Shown: positions 20,958 to 31,031 of the stretch, piece after piece | Layout of the letters: every line of letters starts with the position of its first letter | How positions within the stretch are numbered: the first letter of the stretch is position 1 | Source of the DNA: Candidatus Bathyarchaeota archaeon | GTDB taxonomy: Archaea; Thermoproteota; Bathyarchaeia; TCS64 | DNA: 64,000 nucleotides | Assembly (NCBI GenBank): GCA_963769425.1 | Contig: CAVYLP010000006.1 | Coordinates: forward strand, 832,001-896,000 | Direction of reading: 5' to 3' | Notes under the pieces: model-generated | Seen by the model: only the letters and a program-made list of their open reading frames with translations | The model's database searches: none | Told to the model about the DNA's origin: nothing | Position numbers and translations under genes: made by a program

Positions 20958-21714
20958 ATGGATACTAATTCATTGATCACTTTAATCCTCGTATTGGTGG
21001 TAGCCCTGATTCTAGTGTACGCGGTATACTACGTCTCAAAGGCTCGAAAAAGGAAGCCAGCCGCAACTGTAGTCTCCGAGCCGAAGCCGCAGAGCACCCC
21101 AGTCGAGCCGCCGAAGGTCGAAACTAGTGATGCCCGTCGAAAAACCCGCGCCACCACCTCCTCCGGTCGAGGCACCGAAGCCCGAACCCGTTCAAGTGGT
21201 CGCACCCAAGACACAGAGTGCGGTTATCGAAGCTCCTAAGGCAGAGACGAAGCCAGAGGCGGAGCCAGAGCCCAAACCGGCTGGTCAAGTCGTGGAGAAA
21301 AAGGAACGCGGCTTCAGTGTCATTAGCATAGAGGGAATAGGCAAGGTATACGCGGAGAAGCTCCATACCGTAAACATCTATCACACCTCTGATCTTCTGA
21401 GGATCGGCGCGACGCCACAGGGGAGGCGTGACCTCGCCGAGAAGACCGGCATCTCGCATGAGCTCATCCTTGAGTGGGTGAACCTCGCAGACCTCTTCAG
21501 GATCAAGGGGATCGGCGAGGAATACTCCGACCTGCTAGAGGAGGCGGGCGTCGACACGGTTGTGGAGCTATCCCACAGGAACGCTGCGAATCTTCACACC
21601 AAGATGCTGGAGGTGAACGAGGCGAAGAAGCTCGTCAAGCGGCAGCCCTCCCTGGCGAGTGTCGAGGCTTGGGTGAAAGAGGCAAAGACCCTTCCCCGAG
21701 TGATAGAGTACTGA
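20958..21714 (+). CDS. Membrane-anchored DUF4332 (helix-hairpin-helix) protein, frameshifted near 21122
   Basis: N-terminal TM helix, Pro/Glu-rich linker, then IEGIG and WVNLADLFRIKGIGEEYSDLLEEAGVDTV; one extra A joins the frames. Confidence 0.85.
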
Positions 21715-22183
21715 CTTTTTTCCTGCGCGCTGCCTTGTCCCTAAATTGACAATAGATGGTCTAAAATGGTCCTAAACACCATTAAGCCAAATAAGGCACC
21801 AAATGCACCCTTTCGACATCGAGATCCTGTTCCAACACACTCAGCTATATAATAGCGTCGTCATCGGGGACACGTCGCCGGAACCATCTGAAACGCGTCG
21901 AAAACCGTTGAATATCGATTGAAAACCGTTGCATTCCGTGTGCCTTCAACATCCATTGAAGGGCGTGGATCGCGGTTCATTGAACGATGTGAATAGAGGC
22001 GGGTTGAGTGGACGCCATTCAATCGAAGGCGTAACCCAGTCTAGATGTATTCAGTCATCGGTGTGAAGGGTGTCCCGTGGAAACACCTTATTAGTGGTTA
22101 CCACTTACAGGGAAACATCGTTGCAAGCGGGTTGACGAAGGCGAGTAAGACATTCAAGAGATCCTCTCAGCCGGTGATGGGGG

Positions 22184-22435
22184 TTATGACGATTTAAAAC
22201 CGGTATTAATCAATAAAGGGACAAGACAGCGCGTGTCGAGGTGTGCGTAGCTGATCAGGATAGCCTCCACGCTTGACTTTGGCCATTGTGTGTGGTCGAT
22301 GTCTGATGTGATTAGGTCTCCGCGGTAAACGTTGATCTTGGGGATCATGTCGAGGTTGATGAGGTCGTAGATGCCCATGTTGATGCGCTCATTGAGAAAA
22401 TCCTGATAGTACTCAATGTACTTGGCAAAGTTCAT
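22184..22435 (-). pseudogene. Fragment of an archaeal RNase J-like/MBL-fold protein
   Basis: MNF...YYQDFL.ER...GIYDLI.L.MIP...ILISYAHLD resembles an MBL N-terminus with decayed HAHLDH; truncated, in low-GC DNA. Confidence 0.5.
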
Positions 22436-22600
22436 CCAGAGTCGAGGAGGATACTCTGGCTTTTCTTATCTCTCTCTGGGACATCCCCCTGACCCAGTCG
22501 TGGTAAATTTCTCTATGGCGCGCGCAGGAGGGTCAAAAATAGTAGGCAATATTATAGACTCTTTAGTCAATAAAAAACAGCTGATTTTAGAGCACGACTT

Positions 22601-22629
22601 TGGTGAGGGGGGAGGGATTCGAACTCTCG
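22601..22629 (-). repeat. Degenerate tRNA 3'-end copy (att-like remnant)
   Basis: Minus strand CGAGAG-TTCGAAT-CCCTC-CCCCCTC-ACCA: T-arm, acceptor 3' strand and CCA with no 5' half, about 65 nt downstream of tRNA-Leu. Confidence 0.6.
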
Positions 22630-22693
22630 AAAATATTGAATCAGAGTTGTATTTTTATTTCAACATGTAGACCTGAAAAATAATTATTAGAAT

Positions 22694-22781
22694 TGGTGCG
22701 GAGGATGGGATTCGAACCCATGAACCCCTTCGGGATAGGAGCCTCAGTCCTACGCCTTTGGCCTAGCTGGGCGACCTCCGC
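22694..22781 (-). tRNA. tRNA-Leu(GAG)
   Basis: GCGGAGG...CCTCCGC-A-CCA; anticodon arm TAGGA-CTGAGGC-TCCTA; long variable arm; GGTTCGAATCC. Confidence 0.95.
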
Positions 22782-22832
22782 CCACCACTGTTAGCCGACA
22801 TCGCCCATTTATAGGTTTGCCGACGCGCGGGA

Positions 22833-22907
22833 TGGGGCCTCTGCTGGGAGTCGAACCCAGGTCAAGGGATCCACAGTCCCATATGCTACCGTTACACCAC
22901 AGAGGCC
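22833..22907 (-). tRNA. tRNA-His(GTG)
   Basis: G(-1)GCCTCTG...CAGAGGC-C-CCA; anticodon loop CT-GTG-GA; GGTTCGACTCC; encoded G-1 and C73. Confidence 0.95.
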
Positions 22908-23132
22908 GCGCGGAAAAAGGGATACAGGGGATACATTAAAAGGGTTTCGCGGAAAAGCGACAGTAACAACTTGTGAGTACCGGACGCCCCCATCCACGGT
23001 GAGTTCCGCTTATAAACCAACCAACCCACTCCAAACTAAAAGGGGGCAAACGAGACGGCGACCAAGAGACACGGCGGCCTCACCGATTGGCTCAGGTCCG
23101 AGTTCGGATTCATAGCGGGCAACTTCCTCATC

Positions 23133-24308
23133 ATGGTCACCAGCTGGCTCGTCCTCGACTTCGCCAGCGAGCTGCCCGCCACCTACTACCCCCTCTACAT
23201 CCAGGCACTCGGCGGCACGGCCGCGAGCATCGGCCTCATCGGCGCCATCGAGGGCATCAGCAGGGGCATCGTTCAGATACCCGGAGGCTACCTCGCCGAT
23301 AAGTACGGGCGCAAGTGGCTCATCGCCTCAATGACCTTCGTCGCCGCCTTCAGCCGGCTCCTCTACGTCTTCGCCCCAACATGGGAGTGGATAGCCGTCG
23401 GCGCACTACTAGCGGGGGTCACCAACATCTACGGCCCCGCGCTCATGGCGATAGTCGCAGACTCTGTGCCGAAGGAGAAGCGGGGGATGGCCTTCAGCAT
23501 AATCAACTTGATCAACAGCGTCTCCACGACCCCCGCCCCCCTCCTGGCCGGCCTCCTCTACCTGAGGATGGGCCTCGTGCCTAGCATGAGGCTCGGCTAC
23601 GGTGTAGCCTTCGCCGGCTTCCTGATCGCCGCCCTGATGAGGACGAGGCTCAAGGAGACCGTCGAGAAGCCCGAGAAGTTCAGCGCGGGGGACGTCGTGG
23701 CAACGATACTGGGCTCGATGCGTGAGAGCTTCAGCGTATGGCACCTCGTTCCCCGCTCCGCCCTCGTCTTCTTCATCGCCAATTTCGCTGCCAGCTTCGC
23801 CATCGGCCTCTTCCAGCCCGTCATAACCCTCTACGTCGTCGACGACCTCAGGATCGACCCGGTCACCCTCTCCTACATCATGACGGCGATGTTCGTCGCC
23901 ATGATCATGGTCGCCATACCCAGCGGGAAGCTCATAGACAGGATTGGTCGAAAGAAGCCCCTCATAATAGCGGGGATAGCCTCGATAGCTTGGGTCCCGC
24001 TACTCGTCTGGGGGGACTTCACGCGGCTGATCCTCGCGATGACACTCGCTGGGCTCCTAATAGTCCTCTTCAACTCCGCGGGGAACACGCTCTTCGCGGA
24101 CCTCATACCAAAGGAGCACCGGGGTAAGGCGAATGGCGCCCTGTTCTTCTTCGGGGCGATAGCGATGTCCGCCGGGATGATGGTAGGCGGCTGGCTCTAT
24201 GACAACGTCAACCACCAGCTCCCCTTCTGGGGGGAGGCCGCCATAATGGCTGTCTCCACCCTAATCCTCGTGCTCTTCATCAAGGAACCAGAGAAAGTCG
24301 AGGACTAA
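23133..24308 (+). CDS. MFS transporter
   Basis: GYLADKYGRK and GKLIDRIGRK motif A copies; 12 TMs; coding frame probably extends upstream to about 23040. Confidence 0.9.
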   Translation: MVTSWLVLDFASELPATYYPLYIQALGGTAASIGLIGAIEGISRGIVQIPGGYLADKYGRKWLIASMTFVAAFSRLLYVFAPTWEWIAVGALLAGVTNIYGPALMAIVADSVPKEKRGMAFSIINLINSVSTTPAPLLAGLLYLRMGLVPSMRLGYGVAFAGFLIAALMRTRLKETVEKPEKFSAGDVVATILGSMRESFSVWHLVPRSALVFFIANFAASFAIGLFQPVITLYVVDDLRIDPVTLSYIMTAMFVAMIMVAIPSGKLIDRIGRKKPLIIAGIASIAWVPLLVWGDFTRLILAMTLAGLLIVLFNSAGNTLFADLIPKEHRGKANGALFFFGAIAMSAGMMVGGWLYDNVNHQLPFWGEAAIMAVSTLILVLFIKEPEKVED

Positions 24309-24982
24309 ACTAGACCCTTTCCCTGCAGGTAGTCGGGCAGCTCCCTGACGCTGGGGAGGATGGCGTCTGGCTTTGCCGCTTCTATCTTCTCTCTCCTCTG
24401 CGTGCCGGTGAGGACCGCCACCGTGTGAGCCTTCGCGTTGTGCCCCTCCTCTATTCCTATAGCAGTGTCGTCGACCTTGACGACCTCCGCCGGGTCCCTG
24501 ATGTGGCAGTGGCGCATGGTTCGCCTAATCATGGCGGGGCTCGGCCTCTCCTCGTCCACGATCTCGCTGCACGTCCAGTAGTCGATGAGGCCCGACTCCA
24601 CCCATCCTAGGTGCTTGACGATGTCGTGGGTGACGACGGCGGGGAAGCCGCTCTCAACACCGACCGCGACGTCGTGCTCCCTGAGCCATCTGAAGGTGTC
24701 CGATGTGCCCTGGATCTCCTTCACCCTCCCAATATTGGCCTGGAGCATCTCGACGAAGTCCTTGTAGATGGCCGGCGCCTCGTCCCCACCGAGCATGTTT
24801 ATGACCTCCCTCTTGTCGCGACCACGCATGTCGTTCAGGGTCTCCATTGGGACCTCCACACCGTGGCGCCGGAAGGCGTCGTCGTAGCTGCGCAGGACGA
24901 GTGGCATACCGTCGATCACGTCGTCGACAGTTGTACCAGCCATGTCGAAGACTGCTAAGCGAATCCTCGCCACTATCACCAC
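24305..24982 (-). CDS. HAD-family hydrolase, phosphonatase-like
   Basis: VFDMAGTTVD motif I, RPSPAMI, KVDDT..GIEEG. Confidence 0.88.
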   Translation of the reverse strand: MVIVARIRLAVFDMAGTTVDDVIDGMPLVLRSYDDAFRRHGVEVPMETLNDMRGRDKREVINMLGGDEAPAIYKDFVEMLQANIGRVKEIQGTSDTFRWLREHDVAVGVESGFPAVVTHDIVKHLGWVESGLIDYWTCSEIVDEERPSPAMIRRTMRHCHIRDPAEVVKVDDTAIGIEEGHNAKAHTVAVLTGTQRREKIEAAKPDAILPSVRELPDYLQGKGLV

Positions 24983-25498
24983 TCGTCCACGGAGACTATC
25001 TCACTAATCTCCTTACGCTTCCCCGGAAACGTCCACTTCGGGTCCTTTGGGTAACCGAGCGGGGTCACGGCTGTGACATTCCATCCCGGCGGGATCTCCA
25101 GGAGTTCCTTGATAGAATCGTTGTCGAACAGGCCGATCCAGCAGGTGCCGAGTCCCTCCTCACGTGCAGCGAGGATGAGGTGGGTGAGGCCAATCGCTGA
25201 GTCGATCAGGAAGCTCATCTCACCCATGTAGCCGCCGCGGTCGTACTTTATGTCGCTTCCGCAGGCGACGACGATTATGGGTGCATCCGCGATCCAGGGT
25301 TGGCCACCGCTTAATGTGGCAATCTTCTTCTTCAGCTCAGGGTTTTTGATGAGGACGTACTTCCAGGGCTGCCTGTTGCTTCCCTGAGGGGGCGACCCTC
25401 GCCGCCTCGAGGACCCTGCTGAGAACATCCTCGGGTATTTCTGTTGACTTGTAGCTGCGGATGCTACGCCTCGTTTTGATGACGTCGTAGAATTCCAT
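24976..25498 (-). CDS. Nitroreductase family protein, frameshifted near 25383
   Basis: IKTRRSIRSY...APS upstream; (G)SNRQPW...GLGTCWIG...LGYP downstream; one extra G. Confidence 0.88.
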
Positions 25499-25617
25499 CG
25501 TTATCGTTTGTCTTTGGTGTGTTGCGAAATTTAAATAGGTTGCACGCCGATGGGTATTTCTTCGAAGCGTCATGGCATGTTTTATCTATAGGCAGCGTGC
25601 ATCTCGTCCCGATTTAT

Positions 25618-26427
25618 ATGCAGACAGTAAACCTCGCCGGCTTGAAGGTTAGCCGGCTCTGCTTCGGGACCGAGCCCTTCAACTTCAAGAAGGGACCCGA
25701 CGACGACATGACGCAGGGTGACAAGACTCCCGCTCAGGGTGGTGAGATTCTGGCGGAGGCGTCGAGGCTCGGCGTCTACATGTGGGACACCTCGGACGAC
25801 TACGGGACGCACCCGCACGTCAGGGAGGGGCTGAAGCTGGTGAAGAGGAGCAGCGTCGTGGTCTCGGACAAGTCGAACGCAGCCACCTACGAGCAGGGCG
25901 TTCAGGCCGTCGAATTCGCCCGCAAGGATCTCGGCACCGAGTACATCGACATCATGTTCCTCCACATAGTGCCACCGAGGCCCATCGAGAGGAAAGACGC
26001 GAACGATCGCCCCTACATTAGCCAAGACCTGAAGGGACGGAAGGGTACCCTTGAGGCGTACATGGAGGCGAGGGACTCCGGCCTCATCAAGAAGATAGCA
26101 CTCTCTACGCATAGCACCGACACCCTCCGCCAGGTCCTCGACGAACCAGAGATCGACATCGTCTGCGCACCCCTCAACATGCGTGGCACGTACGTCGACG
26201 ACGGCACTCAGCAGGAGCGCCTCGATGCGCTAAAGGCGCTACACGATGCGGGGAAGGGTGTCTACGTTATCAAGATACTCGCGGCTGGCAGATACAGGGC
26301 GGAGGGGGATGATTGCATCAGGTACGCGCTCGGCTTCCACGACTTCATCGACGCTTGGAATATTGGCATGTACGACGTCGCGGACGTGAAGCATAACATC
26401 GCTCTTTTCGCCGGCACGCTCGGGTAG
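25618..26427 (+). CDS. Aldo/keto reductase family protein
   Basis: VSRLCFGT, WDTSDDYG, DLGTEYIDIMFLH, IALSTH. Confidence 0.85.
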   Translation: MQTVNLAGLKVSRLCFGTEPFNFKKGPDDDMTQGDKTPAQGGEILAEASRLGVYMWDTSDDYGTHPHVREGLKLVKRSSVVVSDKSNAATYEQGVQAVEFARKDLGTEYIDIMFLHIVPPRPIERKDANDRPYISQDLKGRKGTLEAYMEARDSGLIKKIALSTHSTDTLRQVLDEPEIDIVCAPLNMRGTYVDDGTQQERLDALKALHDAGKGVYVIKILAAGRYRAEGDDCIRYALGFHDFIDAWNIGMYDVADVKHNIALFAGTLG

Positions 26428-26488
26428 TCGGAACCCCCTGTTTTTTTATCCCGACAGGCGCTTCTCTCCATCAGCCGGTCGTGTAGAC

Positions 26489-27685
26489 GTGCCTTCGCTC
26501 AGCAAATACCTCGCCCTAGAGGGGAACATACGGGTCCTCGCGCTCCAGACCCTTATCTCCCAGCTGGGCTTCGGGATGCTGATCGTCGTCTGGCAACCCT
26601 ACATGCTATCCGTGGGGCTGACGGTCGTCGACCTCGGGATTATCCAGAGCCTGATCAACTTCAGCACGGCTGCGGGGCTCTTTATCTGGGGCCCCCTCTC
26701 GGATATGTTTGGGAGGAAGCGGGTCATGCTCCTCGGCCACGCGTCGAGGGTCGCCGCCGTCCTCGCCCTCATCGTCTCCGGTAACCCCGTCTTCCTCTAC
26801 GTCTTCGCCTTCTTTATCGGTTTCAGCACGCTATGGTACCAAATGAACCCGGCCCGGACGGCGCTCATGGCCGAATCCGTGTCGAGCGAGAGAAGGGCGA
26901 CCGCGTATGGCACACTGATGGCCATCAATCAGGGGACGAACATGGTCATGGCCTCTGTCGGTGGCTACCTCGCCATAGTCACGGGTTACTGGTGGATATT
27001 CGCCATCACGATAGTGGGTGAGATCATCGGCATCGTCATAATGGCCCTCTTCGTGAAGGAGACCCACAACGTCGGAGGCACTAACGGCAGGGATGTCGGG
27101 AACAGGATAATCGCAAACCTGAGGCCCGAGAGGGAACTAATGCCAATCTACCTGATGATGGTGGTGATGGGCATCGGCTACGGAGTAGGCTACTCACTAT
27201 TCTACGGCGCACTCACGGACACCTACAAATTCACGACGCTGGAGCTGGGCTTGATGTCGACTGCGTCTGCTCTCGCTTGGGCGTTGGGGTCGATTCCCAC
27301 TGGGAAGCTCTCGGAGCGGATGGGCGCGCGGGTCGGTGTCATGCTCTCCACCGCGTCGGCGCTAATCACAGTCGTCGGCTTCATCCTCTTCAGGAGCTTC
27401 GCCGCGTTCCTACTCTTCAGCGTCTTCAACGGCCTCGACCCGTGCTTCTGGATACCGAACTGGACAAGCATCATCGCGGAGGGGACTCCCGCCAAGATAC
27501 GCTCCTCAATCTTCGGGAAGCTGGACGCCTACAACCGGTTCGCGAGTATACCCGCCCCGTTCATTGGCGGCCTCATCTACGCCGGTTACGGCTTCACGGC
27601 GCCTCTCCTCATCCACCTAGTCTGTCTGCTGATCTGGGGATACATGTTGGTCAGGATCACGGCGAAGCCAAAGGCCTCTACTTGA
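26489..27685 (+). CDS. MFS transporter
   Basis: GPLSDMFGRKR, GKLSERMG; 12 TMs. Confidence 0.9.
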   Translation: MPSLSKYLALEGNIRVLALQTLISQLGFGMLIVVWQPYMLSVGLTVVDLGIIQSLINFSTAAGLFIWGPLSDMFGRKRVMLLGHASRVAAVLALIVSGNPVFLYVFAFFIGFSTLWYQMNPARTALMAESVSSERRATAYGTLMAINQGTNMVMASVGGYLAIVTGYWWIFAITIVGEIIGIVIMALFVKETHNVGGTNGRDVGNRIIANLRPERELMPIYLMMVVMGIGYGVGYSLFYGALTDTYKFTTLELGLMSTASALAWALGSIPTGKLSERMGARVGVMLSTASALITVVGFILFRSFAAFLLFSVFNGLDPCFWIPNWTSIIAEGTPAKIRSSIFGKLDAYNRFASIPAPFIGGLIYAGYGFTAPLLIHLVCLLIWGYMLVRITAKPKAST

Positions 27686-28250
27686 CGCCTACAACCCTAC
27701 GAATATCGTCCTGTATCTCGGGGATCGACCTGTTCCCGTTTACTATTATCCACTTGCCGTCTGAGACGAGGTCCAGCGCCTTATCCGAAGTTTCGCTGAG
27801 TTCGTCGATGGTCTCGAAGCGCTCCGTCTTTACCCTATTGTCGACTACGCGGCGGAACGCCTCGTCGGGGGATACGTTCAGGTAGATGAGGCTACCCTTC
27901 GTGGGTACTATCTTGGCGAAGAATTTGTAGGCGAGCTTGTGAGCGGGGGCTGGGAGGTACGCGGTGCCCATGAGGTATCGGACGAAGATGACGTAGTCCA
28001 CCCTCCTCCAGTGGTAGAGGGTTATGCTCCTGATCACGTCGGCGAGGTAGAATAGACTCGCAGCGATGTGCGCCTTCTTTCCCTCGATGAAGAGGTACTC
28101 GCGCCCCTTGACTCCGAAGAAGTTGTCCTCGCTAGGGTGGCTCCTGAGGACGTAGGTCTTCCCAAGTCCCCTCAGGTGCTCGGCGAGCATCTCCGCCTGA
28201 GTGCTCTTCCCAGAGGCGTCGAGTCCATCGATTACCACTAACATGGACAT
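27678..28250 (-). CDS. tmk: Thymidylate kinase
   Basis: IDGLDASGKST P-loop; FVRY (DRY-equivalent). Confidence 0.8.
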   Translation of the reverse strand: MSMLVVIDGLDASGKSTQAEMLAEHLRGLGKTYVLRSHPSEDNFFGVKGREYLFIEGKKAHIAASLFYLADVIRSITLYHWRRVDYVIFVRYLMGTAYLPAPAHKLAYKFFAKIVPTKGSLIYLNVSPDEAFRRVVDNRVKTERFETIDELSETSDKALDLVSDGKWIIVNGNRSIPEIQDDIRRVVGVK

Positions 28251-28978
28251 CAGACGCCTCCCGTGAGGAGAATGAACGTGGCGGCGCCTACGAGGGGAAC
28301 GGCGACGTTATCCAGCCCCTTGGGTGACGCCCCCTCAACGACGGAGACGAGGCACGCTATGGCTAAGGCAGGCACGAGAGGGTTGAAGGTGAATGAGTAG
28401 AAGAGGCCGAAGTAAAAAAAGGCGAGGGTGAGGCTGACGAAGCTCCCGAGGAACATGCCGAGGCTCCCCTCAATGCTCTTCGTCTCGAAGACCCTGTACT
28501 TGTGTCTCCCAAAGTACTCGCCGAAGATGGCGGCGAGGCTGTCACCGTAGGCCATGGGGAAGATGCCCGCGGCTACGATGTAGGGTTTGACGCCGAAGAA
28601 GTACGCGAGGACGCTGTAGCTGATCGCGTATAGTACGAGGCCCCAGTGGTGTCCCTCCTCTGTTAGGTTGCTGAGTCCCTTCATCTTCTCCCCGAGCTTC
28701 ATGGGCGAGTTGGGGATGGCGAGGAGTGTGACGAGTATGAACGGGCTGGCGACGAGGAAGGGGTAGATGCTAGCGGTGAAGAAGGGCATGATTAGCGGCA
28801 GGTTCCCGATCATGGCGTGGAGGACCTTGCGGCTCACCTTACCCGGCAGGGAGAGGCGTGGGGAGACGACGATGAGCACCAGTATGTAGGCGTAACATCC
28901 CCCCATCACTGCTAGGTTCCAGGTGAACTCATCCAAGGCCGCGCCACCGGTCAGAAGACCTCCTAACCAGACGCCCAT
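28250..28978 (-). CDS. Dolichol/phytol kinase (SEC59/VTE5, CTP-dependent polyprenol kinase) family
   Basis: SRKVLH, YGDSLAAIFG..FG, KSIEGS, E..S..GLDN. Confidence 0.85.
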   Translation of the reverse strand: MGVWLGGLLTGGAALDEFTWNLAVMGGCYAYILVLIVVSPRLSLPGKVSRKVLHAMIGNLPLIMPFFTASIYPFLVASPFILVTLLAIPNSPMKLGEKMKGLSNLTEEGHHWGLVLYAISYSVLAYFFGVKPYIVAAGIFPMAYGDSLAAIFGEYFGRHKYRVFETKSIEGSLGMFLGSFVSLTLAFFYFGLFYSFTFNPLVPALAIACLVSVVEGASPKGLDNVAVPLVGAATFILLTGGV

Positions 28979-29057
28979 ATCAGCGTTCTGGGTGAAGACT
29001 GGTACAAGGTTTATTTTATCGGGTCCCTAAGGATCAACCGTTTCTGGAGTTGATCGG

Positions 29058-29660
29058 ATGAAAGAATACGTTCTACCGAAGCTACCCTACACCTACGAGG
29101 CGCTTGAGCCGGTTATAGACGCGGCGACGGTGACCCTCCACCACGACAAGCACCATAACGGCTATGTTGTGGGGTTCAACGGGACGCTGAAGAAGATCGT
29201 TGAGGCGCGTGAGAAGGGCGACTACGCGGCTATCAAGGCGCTTGACAAGGACCTCTCCTTCCACGGGAGCGGAGTCGTCCTCCACAACCTGTACTGGGAG
29301 AACCTCTGCCCCAAGGCGGAGTGCAAGGAGCCCACGTCGGGCGCCTTCCTCGACCAGGTGAAGGCGGACTTCGGCGACCTCATGAAGCTCAAGGCAGAGA
29401 TGGGCGCGGCCGCGAAGGCAGTGGAGGGCTCTGGGTGGGCCGTCCTAGCCTGGGAGCCGGCTTCCAAGCAGCTACTCGTGCTTCAGGCGGAGAACCACCA
29501 GAAGCTCACCATCTGGGGCGTGGTGCCGCTCCTCGTCATCGACGTCTGGGAGCACGCCTACTACCTCAAGTACCAGAACAACCGCGCCGCCTACGTCGAC
29601 GCCCTCTGGGGAATCGTGAACTGGGCGGCGGTTGAGAGGAGATTCAAGGCGATCAAGTAG
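29058..29660 (+). CDS. sod: Fe/Mn superoxide dismutase
   Basis: LPY.YEALEP, HHDKHH..YV, LHNLYW, GSGW, DVWEHAYY. Confidence 0.97.
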   Translation: MKEYVLPKLPYTYEALEPVIDAATVTLHHDKHHNGYVVGFNGTLKKIVEAREKGDYAAIKALDKDLSFHGSGVVLHNLYWENLCPKAECKEPTSGAFLDQVKADFGDLMKLKAEMGAAAKAVEGSGWAVLAWEPASKQLLVLQAENHQKLTIWGVVPLLVIDVWEHAYYLKYQNNRAAYVDALWGIVNWAAVERRFKAIK

Positions 29661-29673
29661 CCGCCCTTCACCC

Positions 29674-30636
29674 TTAGAAGGTGACGTTTTTCTGCTCGGG
29701 AACCGTGAAGGGCGGTCTCTTTCCCTCTAGGTAGGCTTTGATGCTTTCTGCGCAACGTTCTGCCATCTTGCGGCGGGTCTCCCATGTGGCAGAGGCCATA
29801 TGGGGGGTGACGATGACGTTCTCCAGCTTGAGCAGCTCCTCGGTGAGTGGCGTGGGCTCGACCTCGAAGACGTCTAGGGCGGCGCCCACGATTACCTTAG
29901 ATTTGAGCGCTTCGGTGAGGGCCTTCTGGTCGATGACGGGGCCGCGGCTCGTGTTGATGACGATGGCGGTCTTCTTCATCGTCTGGAACTGCTTTGTGCT
30001 GAGTACGCCCTTTGTGCTGGGAATCAGGGGGACGTGGACGCTGATGATGTCTGAGGTCTTCAGCAGCTCCTCGAAGGGGACGTACCCGATGCCGTACTGG
30101 GCCTCGATGTCTTGGCGGCGGACGACGTCGTAGTAGATCATCTTGACGCCGAATCCCCTGCCCCGCTTCGCGACCTCGACGCCTATCCTGCCGAGGCCGA
30201 GGAGGCCGAGTATCTTGCCGCCCATATCCCAACCGAATGGGAACCCTTTCTGCTTCTTCCCCCACTCCTCGCGGGTGTACCTGTCCGCCTCTGGTATGCG
30301 GCGCATCCAGCCCAAGATTAGAGCCCAGGTGAGGTCGGCGACGGCGTCGCTGAGCACATCGGGCGTGTGGCAGACGTAGACGCCGTGGTGCGTGCAGGCG
30401 TCGACGTCAACCGAGTCGTAGCCCACGCCGAAGCGCGAGACGAGCCTGAGCTTCGGGGCCTTGGCGAGGAAGTCCTCGTTGACGTTCTCACCCGCGGCGA
30501 GCAGGACTGTGGCGTCGCGTAGCTGGTCCGAGTAGTCGCCGGAGACGCGTACGACGTCGGCGAGCGGGCGGAGCCTGTCGGCTACGTCCTCTGGGAAGTT
30601 GTCGCTCTTAGAGCTGAGGAGCACCTTCGGCTTCAT
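29674..30636 (-). CDS. D-isomer 2-hydroxyacid dehydrogenase (glyoxylate reductase-like)
   Basis: GVGYD, GLGRIG, INTSRG, LDVFEVEP, TPHMAS. Confidence 0.92.
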   Translation of the reverse strand: MKPKVLLSSKSDNFPEDVADRLRPLADVVRVSGDYSDQLRDATVLLAAGENVNEDFLAKAPKLRLVSRFGVGYDSVDVDACTHHGVYVCHTPDVLSDAVADLTWALILGWMRRIPEADRYTREEWGKKQKGFPFGWDMGGKILGLLGLGRIGVEVAKRGRGFGVKMIYYDVVRRQDIEAQYGIGYVPFEELLKTSDIISVHVPLIPSTKGVLSTKQFQTMKKTAIVINTSRGPVIDQKALTEALKSKVIVGAALDVFEVEPTPLTEELLKLENVIVTPHMASATWETRRKMAERCAESIKAYLEGKRPPFTVPEQKNVTF

Positions 30637-30685
30637 GGCAATCGGGTAATGAGTGGACGCACCCCGGTTAAAAGTGTCGAGGCGC

Positions 30686-30946
30686 CTACTTCTTACGGTA
30701 TACCCGGAACTTGACGTCGTTCCACCTATCTGGGCACTCGTACTTGAACTCCGCCGGGTCGACCCACGGAATCTTCCCACCGTAGCAGCAGTTCATGAGT
30801 GTGGGGAAGAGGTCGTGGTAGCAGTATCCGCAGATGCCGCACGTCTTGTGGGTGTTTATCTCAAACTTGTCGCCGACCTTGTGGCCGGCGCTGCAGTCCT
30901 TCCCTACATGTGTCACTTCGGCTATGTAGACTGGTTCCTCTGACAT
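30686..30946 (-). CDS. TIGR04076 family small Cys-rich protein
   Basis: C.AGHKVGDKF, GIC..CYH, CPD motifs. Confidence 0.8.
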   Translation of the reverse strand: MSEEPVYIAEVTHVGKDCSAGHKVGDKFEINTHKTCGICGYCYHDLFPTLMNCCYGGKIPWVDPAEFKYECPDRWNDVKFRVYRKK

Positions 30947-31031
30947 TGTCCTTCACCGTCTCCTCGGCTCAGGTGGTTGAAAAGGTGTTCGAAGGGCAGG
31001 GGTTTTAGCCGCCGGGCACGACTCATATCTC

